From contig CAINRG010000033.1 of assembly GCA_903852585.1 (NCBI GenBank), forward strand, positions 5,633 through 69,632: a stretch of DNA of 64,000 bases, given 5' to 3'. Both the position numbers and the translations under genes were made by a program. The stretch comes from an uncultured Actinomycetes bacterium (GTDB taxonomy: Bacteria > Actinomycetota > Actinomycetes > Nanopelagicales > Nanopelagicaceae). Positions 9,593 to 18,785 of the stretch are shown here, piece by piece. The notes beneath the pieces were generated by a model. It worked only from the letters and a program-made list of their open reading frames with translations. It had not been told where the DNA came from and searched no databases. Numbering within the stretch: position 1 is the stretch's first letter; the number at the start of each line of letters is the position of its first letter.

Positions 9593-10363
9593 TTAGCCTG
9601 CCACAGCGTGGAAACCGCCGTCTACGTGAATCACTTCACCGGTGGTCTTTGGGAACCAGTCTGAGAGAAGAGCGCATACCCCCTGTGCCGATGGAACTGG
9701 ATCAGATACATCCCACTTAAGAGGAGCTCTCTGATCCCAGAGGTGTTCAAACATTTCAAAACCCGGAATGGACTTTGCTGCAATTGTTTTCAGCGGGCCA
9801 GCTGCAATGAGATTGACACGAATATTTTCTTTACCAAGTTCGCGTGCAAGATAGCGCGAGGTAGATTCTAGAGCTGCCTTTGAAACACCCATCCAGTCAT
9901 ATGCCGGATAGGCGATCTGAGCATCGAAATCAAGTCCAACAACACTTGCACCTTCGGGCTTAAAAAGCGGACGACATGCCATGGTGAGTGACTTGAGCGA
10001 GAAAGCAGAAACGTGAACCGCTGTCGCAACATCCTCCCACGGGGTGTCAAGAAATTTCCCACCCAGGGCTGTCTCGGGGGCAAATGCTATGGAGTGAACA
10101 ACGCCGTCGATGTGAGGCATATGTGCCTTCACTTTAGATGCAAAAGAATCTAGGTGCTCTTGGTTTGTGATGTCGAGCTCCAGAACTTCCACAGGCTTTG
10201 GGAGACGCGAAGCAATTCGAGTGGTGAGCGAGAGTCCTCGTCCAAATCCAGTGAGAATGACATTGGCGCCTTGCTCTTGCGCAAGCCTGGCGATATGAAA
10301 GGCGATTGAACCATCTGTGAGAACGCCCGTCACAACGATGTTCTTATCCTGAAGTAATCCCAT
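9593..10363 (-). CDS. fabI: enoyl-[acyl-carrier-protein] reductase (NADH), InhA/FabI type
   Basis: 256 aa SDR. NIVVTGV nucleotide-binding start, catalytic Y...K region YDWMGVSKAALES. 1-nt overlap with upstream fabG, as in mabA-inhA. Confidence 0.9.
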   Translation of the reverse strand: MGLLQDKNIVVTGVLTDGSIAFHIARLAQEQGANVILTGFGRGLSLTTRIASRLPKPVEVLELDITNQEHLDSFASKVKAHMPHIDGVVHSIAFAPETALGGKFLDTPWEDVATAVHVSAFSLKSLTMACRPLFKPEGASVVGLDFDAQIAYPAYDWMGVSKAALESTSRYLARELGKENIRVNLIAAGPLKTIAAKSIPGFEMFEHLWDQRAPLKWDVSDPVPSAQGVCALLSDWFPKTTGEVIHVDGGFHAVAG

Positions 10364-11082
10364 TAGTGCCCCATTCCTAATCCGCCATCGACTGGGATAA
10401 CAGCCCCTGTGATGTAGCCTGCTTCAACTGATGCCAAGAACGCTGCAACACCTGCAACTTCCTCTGGTGTACAAAATCTTCCCAATGGAATCTGGCTCAC
10501 ATACTTATCACGTAACTCATCTGAAAGAACAGATGTCATATCTGTTTCTACAAATCCAGGAGCAATGACATTGAATGTGATGTTACGGCTTCCGTATTCG
10601 CGTGCAAATGAACGAGCCATACCCACAAGTCCAGATTTCGTCGACGCATAATTAACCTGTCCAGAGGAACCGAGCAAGCCAACGACAGATCCAATAAATA
10701 TGACGCGGCCACTCTTCTTTTTCATCATCCCGGATAGAACTTTTTGAGCCGTTCTAAAAGCCCCGGTGAGGTTTGTATTTACTACATCCTGGAAATCTTC
10801 CTCGCTCATGCGAAGTGAGAGGCCATCTTTTGTTATGCCTGCATTTGCGACCAAGATATCAACGCTCCCAAAGCGAGATTCAATATCTTTAAAACCTGCT
10901 GAAACACTCTCTGAATCAGTCACGTCCATAATGACGCCCTCAAGGCCTTCGGGTGCACTTCCAGTGCGATGGGAAACGATGACAGTATCCCCCGCGCTCT
11001 TAAATGCTCGAGCAATAGCAAGGCCAATGCCACGGTTTCCTCCGGTGACAAGGACGATACGTGGTGACGTGATTGCGGTCAT
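10363..11082 (-). CDS. fabG: 3-oxoacyl-[acyl-carrier-protein] reductase (MabA-like)
   Basis: VLVTGGNRGIGLAIA, YASTKSGLVGMARS (YxxxK) and C-terminal PVDGGLGMGH closely resemble MabA. I prefer the ATG at 11082 (MTAITSPRIVLVTGG) over the track's GTG at 11157. Confidence 0.88.
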   Translation of the reverse strand: MTAITSPRIVLVTGGNRGIGLAIARAFKSAGDTVIVSHRTGSAPEGLEGVIMDVTDSESVSAGFKDIESRFGSVDILVANAGITKDGLSLRMSEEDFQDVVNTNLTGAFRTAQKVLSGMMKKKSGRVIFIGSVVGLLGSSGQVNYASTKSGLVGMARSFAREYGSRNITFNVIAPGFVETDMTSVLSDELRDKYVSQIPLGRFCTPEEVAGVAAFLASVEAGYITGAVIPVDGGLGMGH

Positions 11083-11183
11083 AGGTACAAAATACCCGTT
11101 ACTCCTCCGTAAGCCGTCATCGCCTCGGTGTAAATCACACCGGAATGAAGATTTCACGCATAAAGAAGTGGCTACCCTTAGAT

Positions 11184-11468
11184 ATGACCAACGAAGAGCC
11201 CATAAGTATTACTAGCGCTCAACCAAGTCTGTCAGAGGACCAATCAGGGCGCGCGCGTCGTTATTTTATTTCGATGATGGTGCGCACTGCATGCTTCATT
11301 CTTACCGTTATCTTGCCAAGTCCATATCGATGGGTAGCTTTATCCGGTGCGCTTCTTCTTCCATATGTGGCGGTAATCGTTGCAAATGCCGGTAGAGAAA
11401 CCATCAAAAAGAGCACCGTCTTCTTTGATGAAGATCAGAAGGCTATATCAGACGGTAAAACCGATTGA
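11184..11468 (+). CDS. DUF3099-family small membrane protein
   Basis: About 94 aa with two hydrophobic helices (ACFILTVILPSPY, LSGALLLPYVAVIVANAG). The RRYFISMMVR context resembles actinobacterial DUF3099. Alternative start at 11145. Its 3' end overlaps convergent sufT by 21 nt. Confidence 0.7.
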   Translation: MTNEEPISITSAQPSLSEDQSGRARRYFISMMVRTACFILTVILPSPYRWVALSGALLLPYVAVIVANAGRETIKKSTVFFDEDQKAISDGKTD

Positions 11469-11765
11469 TCGAAGTTGCTCTCGACCATCATCGGTGATTT
11501 TATTTGGAGCCCAAGGTGGCATCCAGACCCAATTGATTTTCACATCACTGGTGAGGTCCTGCAAGACTGAACGTGTCTGATCTTCAATGACATCTTGAAG
11601 AGGGCAAGCGGCCGAAGTGAGAGTCATATCAAGAATGGCAACATTTCTTTCATCTACACGCATATCGTAAACAAGGCCTAGATCAATAACATTGATACCG
11701 AGCTCGGGATCAATGACATCCTTCATCGCTTCTGTTACATCGTCAATTGATGCTACCTGCGTCAT
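11448..11765 (-). CDS. sufT: Fe-S assembly protein SufT (DUF59/MIP18 family)
   Basis: 105 aa. DPELGINVIDLGLVY and TLTSAACP motifs. Last gene of the suf operon. Confidence 0.85.
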   Translation of the reverse strand: MTQVASIDDVTEAMKDVIDPELGINVIDLGLVYDMRVDERNVAILDMTLTSAACPLQDVIEDQTRSVLQDLTSDVKINWVWMPPWAPNKITDDGREQLRSIGFTV

Positions 11766-12211
11766 TATTTCTCCGATTCTTCTATTGCCTGAACTGATGC
11801 ATCCTTAAATGCCATCCAACCTAAGAGGGCACACTTTACACGGGCTGGAAACTTCGATACCCCCGCAAGAGCGACGGCATCCTCCAAAATATCTTCATCA
11901 CCTTTGAGCGTTCCTTTGCTCGACATCAACTGGGAGAAATGGTCCATCACTCGATATGACTCGGCGACAGTTTTACCTATAACCAGTTCGCTCATAATGG
12001 ATGTGCTCGCCTGCGATATGGAGCATCCAACTCCATCCCATGAAATGTCTGTAACAATTCCACCGCTCACAGATATATTGAGGGTAACCTCATCCCCGCA
12101 ACTGGGATTTACATGATGAACCTGGGCATCTTTCTCATTGGACAGACCCTTGTGATGTGGATGTTTGTAGTGATCTAAAATTACTTCTTGATAGAGTGAA
12201 TCTAATTCCAT
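11765..12211 (-). CDS. sufU: SufU/IscU-like sulfur-transfer/scaffold protein
   Basis: 148 aa. Conserved Cys contexts NPSCGDE, GVGCSISQAS, RVKCALL. Confidence 0.9.
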   Translation of the reverse strand: MELDSLYQEVILDHYKHPHHKGLSNEKDAQVHHVNPSCGDEVTLNISVSGGIVTDISWDGVGCSISQASTSIMSELVIGKTVAESYRVMDHFSQLMSSKGTLKGDEDILEDAVALAGVSKFPARVKCALLGWMAFKDASVQAIEESEK

Positions 12212-12217
12212 ATTGCA

Positions 12218-13486
12218 TCACACCTTAAAATATTCTTGCGCAGACTTTACTGCAGCAATGAGGGAATCAACATCAGAAATCGTATTGTAAAGATAGAAAG
12301 AGGCACGAGTGGTGCCAGTGATTCCAAATTTTTTCATTAATGGCCATGCGCAATGATGTCCCGTTCGCACTGCAATTCCATGCTGATCAAGTACTTGTCC
12401 GACATCATGTGGATGGATTCCATCAACTGTGAAAGAAATCACCGCTCCCCTATTTTCAGATGTAAGAGGACCAATAACACTTACACCAGAAAGTTTTGCA
12501 AATTCTGATAGCGCATAATCGGTGAGGCTCTTCTCCCAGGAATGAACGTTCTCCATTCCAATATCGCTTAAATACTGTAGGGCGGCGCCCAGTCCTACTG
12601 CGCCAGCCATATTTGGAACTCCAGCTTCAAATTTACGAGGCGCCGGAGCCCATGTTGCCTGCGTCATCGTGACAGATTCAATCATGGAACCTCCGTACAG
12701 GAATGGTTCCATCTCCTCCAAAATTGAAGAAGTCCCCCATAGAACTCCAATCCCAGTAGGACCTAGAGCTTTGTGGCCTGAGAAGGTAAGCAGATCAACA
12801 CCAAGCGCTTTTACATCAATCGGAAAATGTGGCACAGATTGGCAAGCGTCTAAAACTGTTACAGCACCTACTGACTTTGCTGCGGCTACTAGCGTAGCTA
12901 CATCGTTGATAGTTCCTAAAACATTAGATTGGTGTGTAAACGCGAGAATCTTTGTGCTCGAATCAACAATCTCCTCAAGGGTTGAGTAATCAAGGCGTCC
13001 CTCAGATGTAATCGGAATCCACTTCAAAGTGGCGCCCGTGCGTCTTGCTAGCTGTTGCCATGGAATGAGATTTGCGTGATGTTCCATCTCGGTAACAACG
13101 ATGGAATCACCGCGACCAAGGGATAAACGAGATCCTTTTTCAGCGCTCCCAAAAGAATATGCAATCGCATTCAATCCTTCGGTAGCGCTTTTTGTAAAAA
13201 CGATTTCATTGGCCTGTGCGCCAATAAAGTTGGCAACGATTTCGCGAGCACCTTCATATGCTGCATCTGCCTCTTCTGCAAGAAGATGTGCCCCGCGATG
13301 TACCGCCGCGTTGATATGTTCATAGAAATGTGATTGTGCGTCAATTACCGATCGTGGCTTTTGACTCGTTGCGCCGCTATCGAGATATATCAAGGGTTTT
13401 TCATTACGCATTGAGCGCGCGAAGATAGGGAAATCTCCTTTTATCTCCACTGCACTCAATGGCAAAGTTTTCATTGTGGTTCTCAT
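12218..13486 (-). CDS. sufS: cysteine desulfurase SufS
   Basis: 422 aa. EHHANLIPW, PLP-lysine context FSGHKALGPTG, catalytic Cys context RTGHHCA. Confidence 0.93.
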   Translation of the reverse strand: MRTTMKTLPLSAVEIKGDFPIFARSMRNEKPLIYLDSGATSQKPRSVIDAQSHFYEHINAAVHRGAHLLAEEADAAYEGAREIVANFIGAQANEIVFTKSATEGLNAIAYSFGSAEKGSRLSLGRGDSIVVTEMEHHANLIPWQQLARRTGATLKWIPITSEGRLDYSTLEEIVDSSTKILAFTHQSNVLGTINDVATLVAAAKSVGAVTVLDACQSVPHFPIDVKALGVDLLTFSGHKALGPTGIGVLWGTSSILEEMEPFLYGGSMIESVTMTQATWAPAPRKFEAGVPNMAGAVGLGAALQYLSDIGMENVHSWEKSLTDYALSEFAKLSGVSVIGPLTSENRGAVISFTVDGIHPHDVGQVLDQHGIAVRTGHHCAWPLMKKFGITGTTRASFYLYNTISDVDSLIAAVKSAQEYFKV

Positions 13487-14235
13487 GCAGAGATGTACTC
13501 GGCATAACCCTTCTCTTCGAGTTTATCAGCGAGTTCGGCTCCGCCTTCTTCGACGATTCGTCCAGCTGCAAAAACGTGCACAAAATCTGGCTTGATGTAT
13601 CGAAGTATTCGCGTGTAGTGCGTAATCAGCATGACGCCAATATCGTTGGAATCTTTGACTCGATTGACTCCCTCAGAAACGATACGAAGAGCATCGACAT
13701 CCAAACCAGAATCAGTTTCATCGAGAATAGCGATTTTTGGCTTAAGCAATTCCATCTGAAGAATCTCGTGGCGCTTCTTTTCTCCGCCAGAGAATCCCTC
13801 GTTGACACTTCTTTCTGCAAAAGCGGGATCCATATTGAGTGCAGCCATTGCCTCTTTTACTTCTCCCACCCAAGTTCGAACCTTTGGTGCCTCACCGCGG
13901 ATTGCTGTGGCGGCTGTACGAAGGAAATTTGAGACAGAGACACCAGGGACTTCAACTGGATATTGCATAGCAAGAAAAAGTCCAGCCTTTGCGCGTTCAT
14001 CAACGCTCATCTCCAAAACATCTGCACCATCGAGAAAAACTGAGCCGCCAGTGATGGTGTACTTGGGATGACCAGCGATGGAGTAAGCGAGAGTGGATTT
14101 GCCGGAACCATTTGGTCCCATAATTGCGTGAGTTTCACCCGACTTGATGGTCAAATCGACACCACGCAAGATCTGCTTCATTCCTTCATCAGTTGATACA
14201 GCAACTTGGAGGTTTTTGATTTCTAGTGTGCTCAT
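13483..14235 (-). CDS. sufC: Fe-S cluster assembly ATPase SufC
   Basis: 250 aa. Walker A GPNGSGKST, signature FSGGEKKR, Walker B IAILDETDSGLD. Confidence 0.95.
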   Translation of the reverse strand: MSTLEIKNLQVAVSTDEGMKQILRGVDLTIKSGETHAIMGPNGSGKSTLAYSIAGHPKYTITGGSVFLDGADVLEMSVDERAKAGLFLAMQYPVEVPGVSVSNFLRTAATAIRGEAPKVRTWVGEVKEAMAALNMDPAFAERSVNEGFSGGEKKRHEILQMELLKPKIAILDETDSGLDVDALRIVSEGVNRVKDSNDIGVMLITHYTRILRYIKPDFVHVFAAGRIVEEGGAELADKLEEKGYAEYISA

Positions 14236-14237
14236 GA

Positions 14238-14534
14238 TTATCCGATCTCTACTGTGTCGCCGTTATCTTTAACGGTAAAGGTTTGAACTGCTTGTACTGC
14301 TGGGGGTGTAAGTGCTTGGCCATCGCGTAGATCAAATTCTGCGCCATGTAACCAACATTCAATTTTGTAACCAGTGACATCGCCTTCGGAAAGTGATGCA
14401 TCGGAGTGAGAACACGTATCTGCGATGGCAAAAATCTCGCCTTGCGTGCGAACAACACAGACAGATGTTCCATCAACTGTTACGAGTTGAGGCTTGCCTT
14501 CTTGGAGTGAGGATTTTTCAAGAGTCACACTCAT
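14238..14534 (-). CDS. Rieske [2Fe-2S] ferredoxin-like protein embedded in the suf operon
   Basis: 98 aa. CSHSD...CWLHGAEF (CxH...CxxH). Sits between sufD and sufC, as in many non-mycobacterial actinobacteria. Confidence 0.85.
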   Translation of the reverse strand: MSVTLEKSSLQEGKPQLVTVDGTSVCVVRTQGEIFAIADTCSHSDASLSEGDVTGYKIECWLHGAEFDLRDGQALTPPAVQAVQTFTVKDNGDTVEIG

Positions 14535-15622
14535 ACAGAGGCCTTTTCTAGTTCAGCTTCGATTCGATTCATGACTCGTTCTTCGATCTCAGGAAGCCCA
14601 AGCTTGCTGACAATTTCGAGGAAGAAGCCACGAATTACGAGTTGACGAGCAATATTTGCAGGAATTCCTCGGGATTCTAAGTAGAAGAGTTGTTCATCAT
14701 CAAAGCGACCAGTTGTGCTCGCATGGCCAGCTCCGACAATTTCCCCCGTCTCAATCTCCAAATTTGGAACCGAATCTGCTCGCGCTCCATCGGAAAGAAG
14801 AAGGTTTCTATTTACTTCATAAGTATCAGTGCCTTCTGCATTTGCACGGATATAAACATCTCCGAACCAAACCGTACGTGCTTTATCGCCACTGAGCGCG
14901 CCCTTGTAATTCACGCGAGATTTTGCATGTGCAAGGTTATGATCAACGTGGATTCGATGTTCTAGATGTTGGCCACTTGTTGCAAAGTAGATTCCAGAGA
15001 GTTCGGCGCTAGCGCCAGCCCCTGCATATTCAACGGTTGGCAGTAAGCGAACGAGTGTTCCACCTAGAGTTATGACTGTTGATGTAAAAGTCGCATCTTT
15101 ACCGATGATTGCATGGTGGTGTCCCAAGTGAACGGCATCGTTCTCCCATTCTTGGAGCGAAACAAAGGTGAGATTGGATCCTGTCTCAAGATGAATTTCA
15201 ATCTCTTCAGCCAAGGTCATAGACCCAATATTTTCGACAACAATCGTTGCGCGGCTATTTGCGCCTAAACGAATTTCTGTACGAGAAACTTCAGGATCGA
15301 GTGACTCAACTGATCGAGTAAGAAATATTGGCGCTGAAACTTCAGTATTGGCTGAAATTTCTACTCGAAGTACCTTTGTCGCAAGTTCGCGAACGCGCAT
15401 CGAGACAAGGTCGTCTGTCGTTGACGTCTGTGGCGCATCGAGAGAATCAACAATCGTAAGAGTTACTCCTGCTTGAGTCTGCGACGTTCCCAGAGAGACG
15501 CGAGATGAGAGCGCCACATCAAGGTCATGAAGGCCTCGCAATTTGGCAAGCGGTGTAAATCGCCACAACTCTTCTCGAGATGTAGGCGTGTGCGGGGCCA
15601 GCAGATTGGAATTGAGTGTCAT
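14531..15622 (-). CDS. sufD: Fe-S cluster assembly protein SufD
   Basis: 363 aa. SufB/SufD beta-helix family, C-terminal FYLESRGIPANIARQLVIRGF. Confidence 0.9.
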   Translation of the reverse strand: MTLNSNLLAPHTPTSREELWRFTPLAKLRGLHDLDVALSSRVSLGTSQTQAGVTLTIVDSLDAPQTSTTDDLVSMRVRELATKVLRVEISANTEVSAPIFLTRSVESLDPEVSRTEIRLGANSRATIVVENIGSMTLAEEIEIHLETGSNLTFVSLQEWENDAVHLGHHHAIIGKDATFTSTVITLGGTLVRLLPTVEYAGAGASAELSGIYFATSGQHLEHRIHVDHNLAHAKSRVNYKGALSGDKARTVWFGDVYIRANAEGTDTYEVNRNLLLSDGARADSVPNLEIETGEIVGAGHASTTGRFDDEQLFYLESRGIPANIARQLVIRGFFLEIVSKLGLPEIEERVMNRIEAELEKASV

Positions 15623-17037
15623 TAACCGACAGCCCCTTCCATCTGAAGTTCAATCAATCGATTGAGCTCAAGGGCGTATTCCATTGGAAGTTCTTTGGCG
15701 ATTGGTTCGATAAAACCACGAACAATCATTGCCATCGCTTCATCCTCTTCCATTCCGCGCGACATTAAATAGAAAAGTTGATCATCACTGATTTTGGATA
15801 CTGTTGCTTCGTGGCCCATAGAAACATCATCTTCGCGAATATCAACATACGGATATGTATCTGATCGTGATATCGAATCAACAAGAAGCGCGTCGCACTT
15901 CACTGTTGACGAAGAATGATGTGCGCCATCTTGAACTTGAATGAGTCCTCTGTATGAGGTGCGTCCCCCACCGCGCGCGACAGATTTAGAAATAATCGAT
16001 GAAGATGTATATGGGGCAGCGTGAACCATCTTCGCTCCTGCATCCTGGTGTTGTCCAGGCCCTGCAAAAGCAATCGAAAGAGTCTCGCCCTTTGCATGTG
16101 GTCCCATGAGAAAGACTGCAGGATATTTCATTGTTACCTTCGAACCGATATTTCCATCAATCCACTCCATGGTTGCACCTTCAGCACAGGTCGTGCGCTT
16201 TGTGACAAGGTTGTAGACGTTGTTCGACCAATTTTGGATGGTTGTGTAGCGGACACGAGCGTTCTTCTTGACGATAATTTCCACTACAGCAGAGTGCAGA
16301 GAGTCTGACGAATAAATCGGTGCAGTACATCCCTCAACATAGTGAACATACGAATCTTCATCGGCGATAATCAATGTACGTTCGAATTGACCCATGTTTT
16401 CAGTGTTGATACGAAAATAGGCCTGTAGTGGAATATCTACTTTCACGCCCTTTGGAACATAAATAAATGAACCACCGGACCATACAGCCGTGTTGAGAGC
16501 GGCAAATTTATTGTCACCTACAGGAATAACGGTGCCGAAATATTCCTTAAAAAGTTCTTCGTGCTCGCGAAGTCCAGTATCTGTATCGACGAAAATCACG
16601 CCTTGCTTTTCAAGGTCCTCGCGAATCGAGTGGTAGACCACTTCAGATTCGTATTGAGCTGCAACACCGGCTACAAGGCGATTTCGCTCTGCATCAGGAA
16701 TTCCCAAACGATCGTATGTGTTCTTAATGTCTTCTGGGAGGTCTTCCCAACTTTGCGCCTGCTTTTCAGTGCTGCGCACAAAGTATTTAATCTTGTCGAA
16801 GAAAACACCCGAAAGGTCGGAGCCCCAATTTGGCATCGGCTTTTTGTCGAAGAGGTCTAAGCCTTTCAGTCGAAGATCAAGCATCCATTGTGGCTCACTC
16901 TTCTTTGCTGAAATATCTCGGACTACAGCTTCACTCAAGCCACGTTGTGAGTCTTTACCAGCATCGTTGCTATCAGCCCAGCCATATTCATAGTTGCCGA
17001 TGCCATCGAGTTCTGGATGTGCGGTTGTATTACTCAC
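15622..17037 (-). CDS. sufB: Fe-S cluster assembly protein SufB (no intein)
   Basis: 471 aa. Highly conserved SufB sequence ([21 protein letters not shown]). GTG start directly follows the sufR stop. Confidence 0.95.
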   Translation of the reverse strand: MSNTTAHPELDGIGNYEYGWADSNDAGKDSQRGLSEAVVRDISAKKSEPQWMLDLRLKGLDLFDKKPMPNWGSDLSGVFFDKIKYFVRSTEKQAQSWEDLPEDIKNTYDRLGIPDAERNRLVAGVAAQYESEVVYHSIREDLEKQGVIFVDTDTGLREHEELFKEYFGTVIPVGDNKFAALNTAVWSGGSFIYVPKGVKVDIPLQAYFRINTENMGQFERTLIIADEDSYVHYVEGCTAPIYSSDSLHSAVVEIIVKKNARVRYTTIQNWSNNVYNLVTKRTTCAEGATMEWIDGNIGSKVTMKYPAVFLMGPHAKGETLSIAFAGPGQHQDAGAKMVHAAPYTSSSIISKSVARGGGRTSYRGLIQVQDGAHHSSSTVKCDALLVDSISRSDTYPYVDIREDDVSMGHEATVSKISDDQLFYLMSRGMEEDEAMAMIVRGFIEPIAKELPMEYALELNRLIELQMEGAVG

Positions 17038-17748
17038 TTACGCTCCCCTGTTAGATGTTTGTAACTTTTTCTTTTCAACGACTGGAATAAAGGTTGTGCA
17101 GACTCCATCACCGTTTGCGATTGTCGCGAGTCTTTGTACATGCGTTCCAAGCATCTTGGAAATTACTTCTGTTTCTGCTTCACACAATTCCGGAAATTCA
17201 GCTGCAACGTGAGCGACTGGACAGTGATGTTGACAGATTTCGACACCATTACCGCGCGCTGCAATAGTGGCTGAGTACCCTTCGGAAGAGAGATGATCGG
17301 CGAGAGCTGAGACACGATCTTTCATCGATGACTGGGACGATACTTTGTGAGCTGCTTTTCGTTCGATCTCCTCAGCTCGCCCAGCAGCAAATTCGGTGAC
17401 AAGATGCGCACCATTTTTGCTGGCCATAAATTTCAGCGCCGAAACTGCCAAATCATCGTAGGAGTGCTCAAACTTCTCGCGTCCGTTATCGGTCATGACA
17501 AAAACTTTTGCCGGGCGACCTCGCCCACGCATGTTGACGCTTGTGACATGAGCTTCGCGCGGCTCCAAAATACCGTCTTCAACAAGACTGTCGAGATGGC
17601 GACGAATGCCCGCCGGGGTGATAGCCAACTGTTCGGCAAGATCAACCGCTGTTGCCGGTCCGCGCTCCAGAATTGCCCGTGCAACCAAGTTACGAGTCTT
17701 ATCTGGCTCAATCTTTTTCACAACATAAGTGTTGCGTAATTCCTCCAT
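17038..17748 (-). CDS. sufR: SufR-like winged-helix transcriptional regulator of the suf operon
   Basis: HTH region ATAVDLAEQLAITPAGIRRHLDSLVEDG. C-terminal Cys cluster CQHHCPVAHVAAEFPELCEAE suits an Fe-S sensor. I use the ATG at 17748, because the track's 17964 start would overlap divergent ctaA and adds a Pro/Ser-rich non-homologous extension. The start remains uncertain. Confidence 0.75.
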   Translation of the reverse strand: MEELRNTYVVKKIEPDKTRNLVARAILERGPATAVDLAEQLAITPAGIRRHLDSLVEDGILEPREAHVTSVNMRGRGRPAKVFVMTDNGREKFEHSYDDLAVSALKFMASKNGAHLVTEFAAGRAEEIERKAAHKVSSQSSMKDRVSALADHLSSEGYSATIAARGNGVEICQHHCPVAHVAAEFPELCEAETEVISKMLGTHVQRLATIANGDGVCTTFIPVVEKKKLQTSNRGA

Positions 17749-17863
17749 TTTCGCCACTTGCGTCGGGTGAGGGTCTGACCCGGTTCTTGAGAGGCTCGTC
17801 TCATCTGGGCCAACTTTGGGTGGGCGACTGCCGGGTAGCCGAGAAGGGCCATAGGCTACGAGC

Positions 17864-18742
17864 GTGAAGCGCTTCATATTTACCTTTCTCTTGACCACGC
17901 AAGTAGGAATTGTGGTGACTGGTGGAGCGGTTCGACTCACAGGATCAGGACTGGGCTGCCCCACCTGGCCTCAATGCACGCCCGGCTCTTACACCCCGGT
18001 ACCACACCAGGCTCAAGGAAAAGTGCACTCGTGGATTGAATTCGGAAATCGACTACTCACATTCCTTCTTATCATCGCAATTGTTGCGGCGATTGCTGGT
18101 GTCATTCGATGGGGTCGAAATCGAAGTGATTCACGAACAATACTTTTCTTAGCTTTTGTTCAATTCTTTGGGATCGTTGCCCAAATTATTGTGGGTGGTA
18201 TATCCGTTCTCACACACTTGAATCCTTTTGCCGTTGGTGCTCACTTCATTATTTCAATCTTTTTGATTTTTTCGACAGTTTCACTGAGAGCTCGAATGTT
18301 GAATATCCCAAGAATTTCACTACCCCTGCTTCCTCGACGAATGAGTCGTATTGTTTTTCTCAATTCATTTTTTGTAATAGTCCTCGGAATCTTTGTCACT
18401 GGTAGCGGACCTCATGCTGGTGACCAAATGGCAAAACGTTTTCACCTTGATCCACGAACAGTTTCGTGGCTGCACGCAGATAGCGTCATAGCGCTCATAT
18501 CACTTTCATTTGGATTGTGGATTTTGATAAAGGCGCTGAATTCCAAGGATGAGCTTTCCTTGGCTTCCAACAAGCTTGGACTTTTCCTCATTATCTCCCT
18601 AAGCCAAGGATTTATTGGTTACACACAATATTTCACACGTTTGCCCGAATATCTCGTCGCTGCCCATCTCTTGGGAGCCTCACTCGTCTGGGCATCGATC
18701 TGCTCATTTGCATATTCAACAAAGTTGTTGGAAAAAGCTTAA
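17864..18742 (+). CDS. ctaA: heme A synthase (COX15/CtaA family)
   Basis: 292 aa polytopic membrane protein with the signature GGAVRLTGSGLGCPTWPQC. GTG start, with an in-frame stop 12 nt upstream. Confidence 0.85.
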   Translation: MKRFIFTFLLTTQVGIVVTGGAVRLTGSGLGCPTWPQCTPGSYTPVPHQAQGKVHSWIEFGNRLLTFLLIIAIVAAIAGVIRWGRNRSDSRTILFLAFVQFFGIVAQIIVGGISVLTHLNPFAVGAHFIISIFLIFSTVSLRARMLNIPRISLPLLPRRMSRIVFLNSFFVIVLGIFVTGSGPHAGDQMAKRFHLDPRTVSWLHADSVIALISLSFGLWILIKALNSKDELSLASNKLGLFLIISLSQGFIGYTQYFTRLPEYLVAAHLLGASLVWASICSFAYSTKLLEKA

Positions 18743-18747
18743 ACAAA

Positions 18748-18766
18748 AGTTCTATTGAATAGAACT
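18748..18766. promoter_or_regulatory. 19-bp perfect palindrome in the 43-bp ctaA-tkt spacer (candidate operator)
   Basis: AGTTCTAT-TGA-ATAGAACT, an 8-bp inverted repeat 20 nt upstream of the tkt ATG. No U-tract follows, so it is a poor terminator. Confidence 0.3.
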
Positions 18767-18785
18767 AAGGAAACCTGGAGAAGAA

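Noticed and set aside
17749-17964. N-terminal extensions in the ORF track: sufR to 17964, infC to 9421, whiA to 28449, fabG to 11157, trpC to 62164, DUF3099 from 11145.
   Set aside because: The extensions overlap neighbouring genes (ctaA, yvcK, the micro-ORF), lack homology to the family N-termini and lack SD sequences. Shorter starts fit better. All of these starts remain to be verified experimentally.
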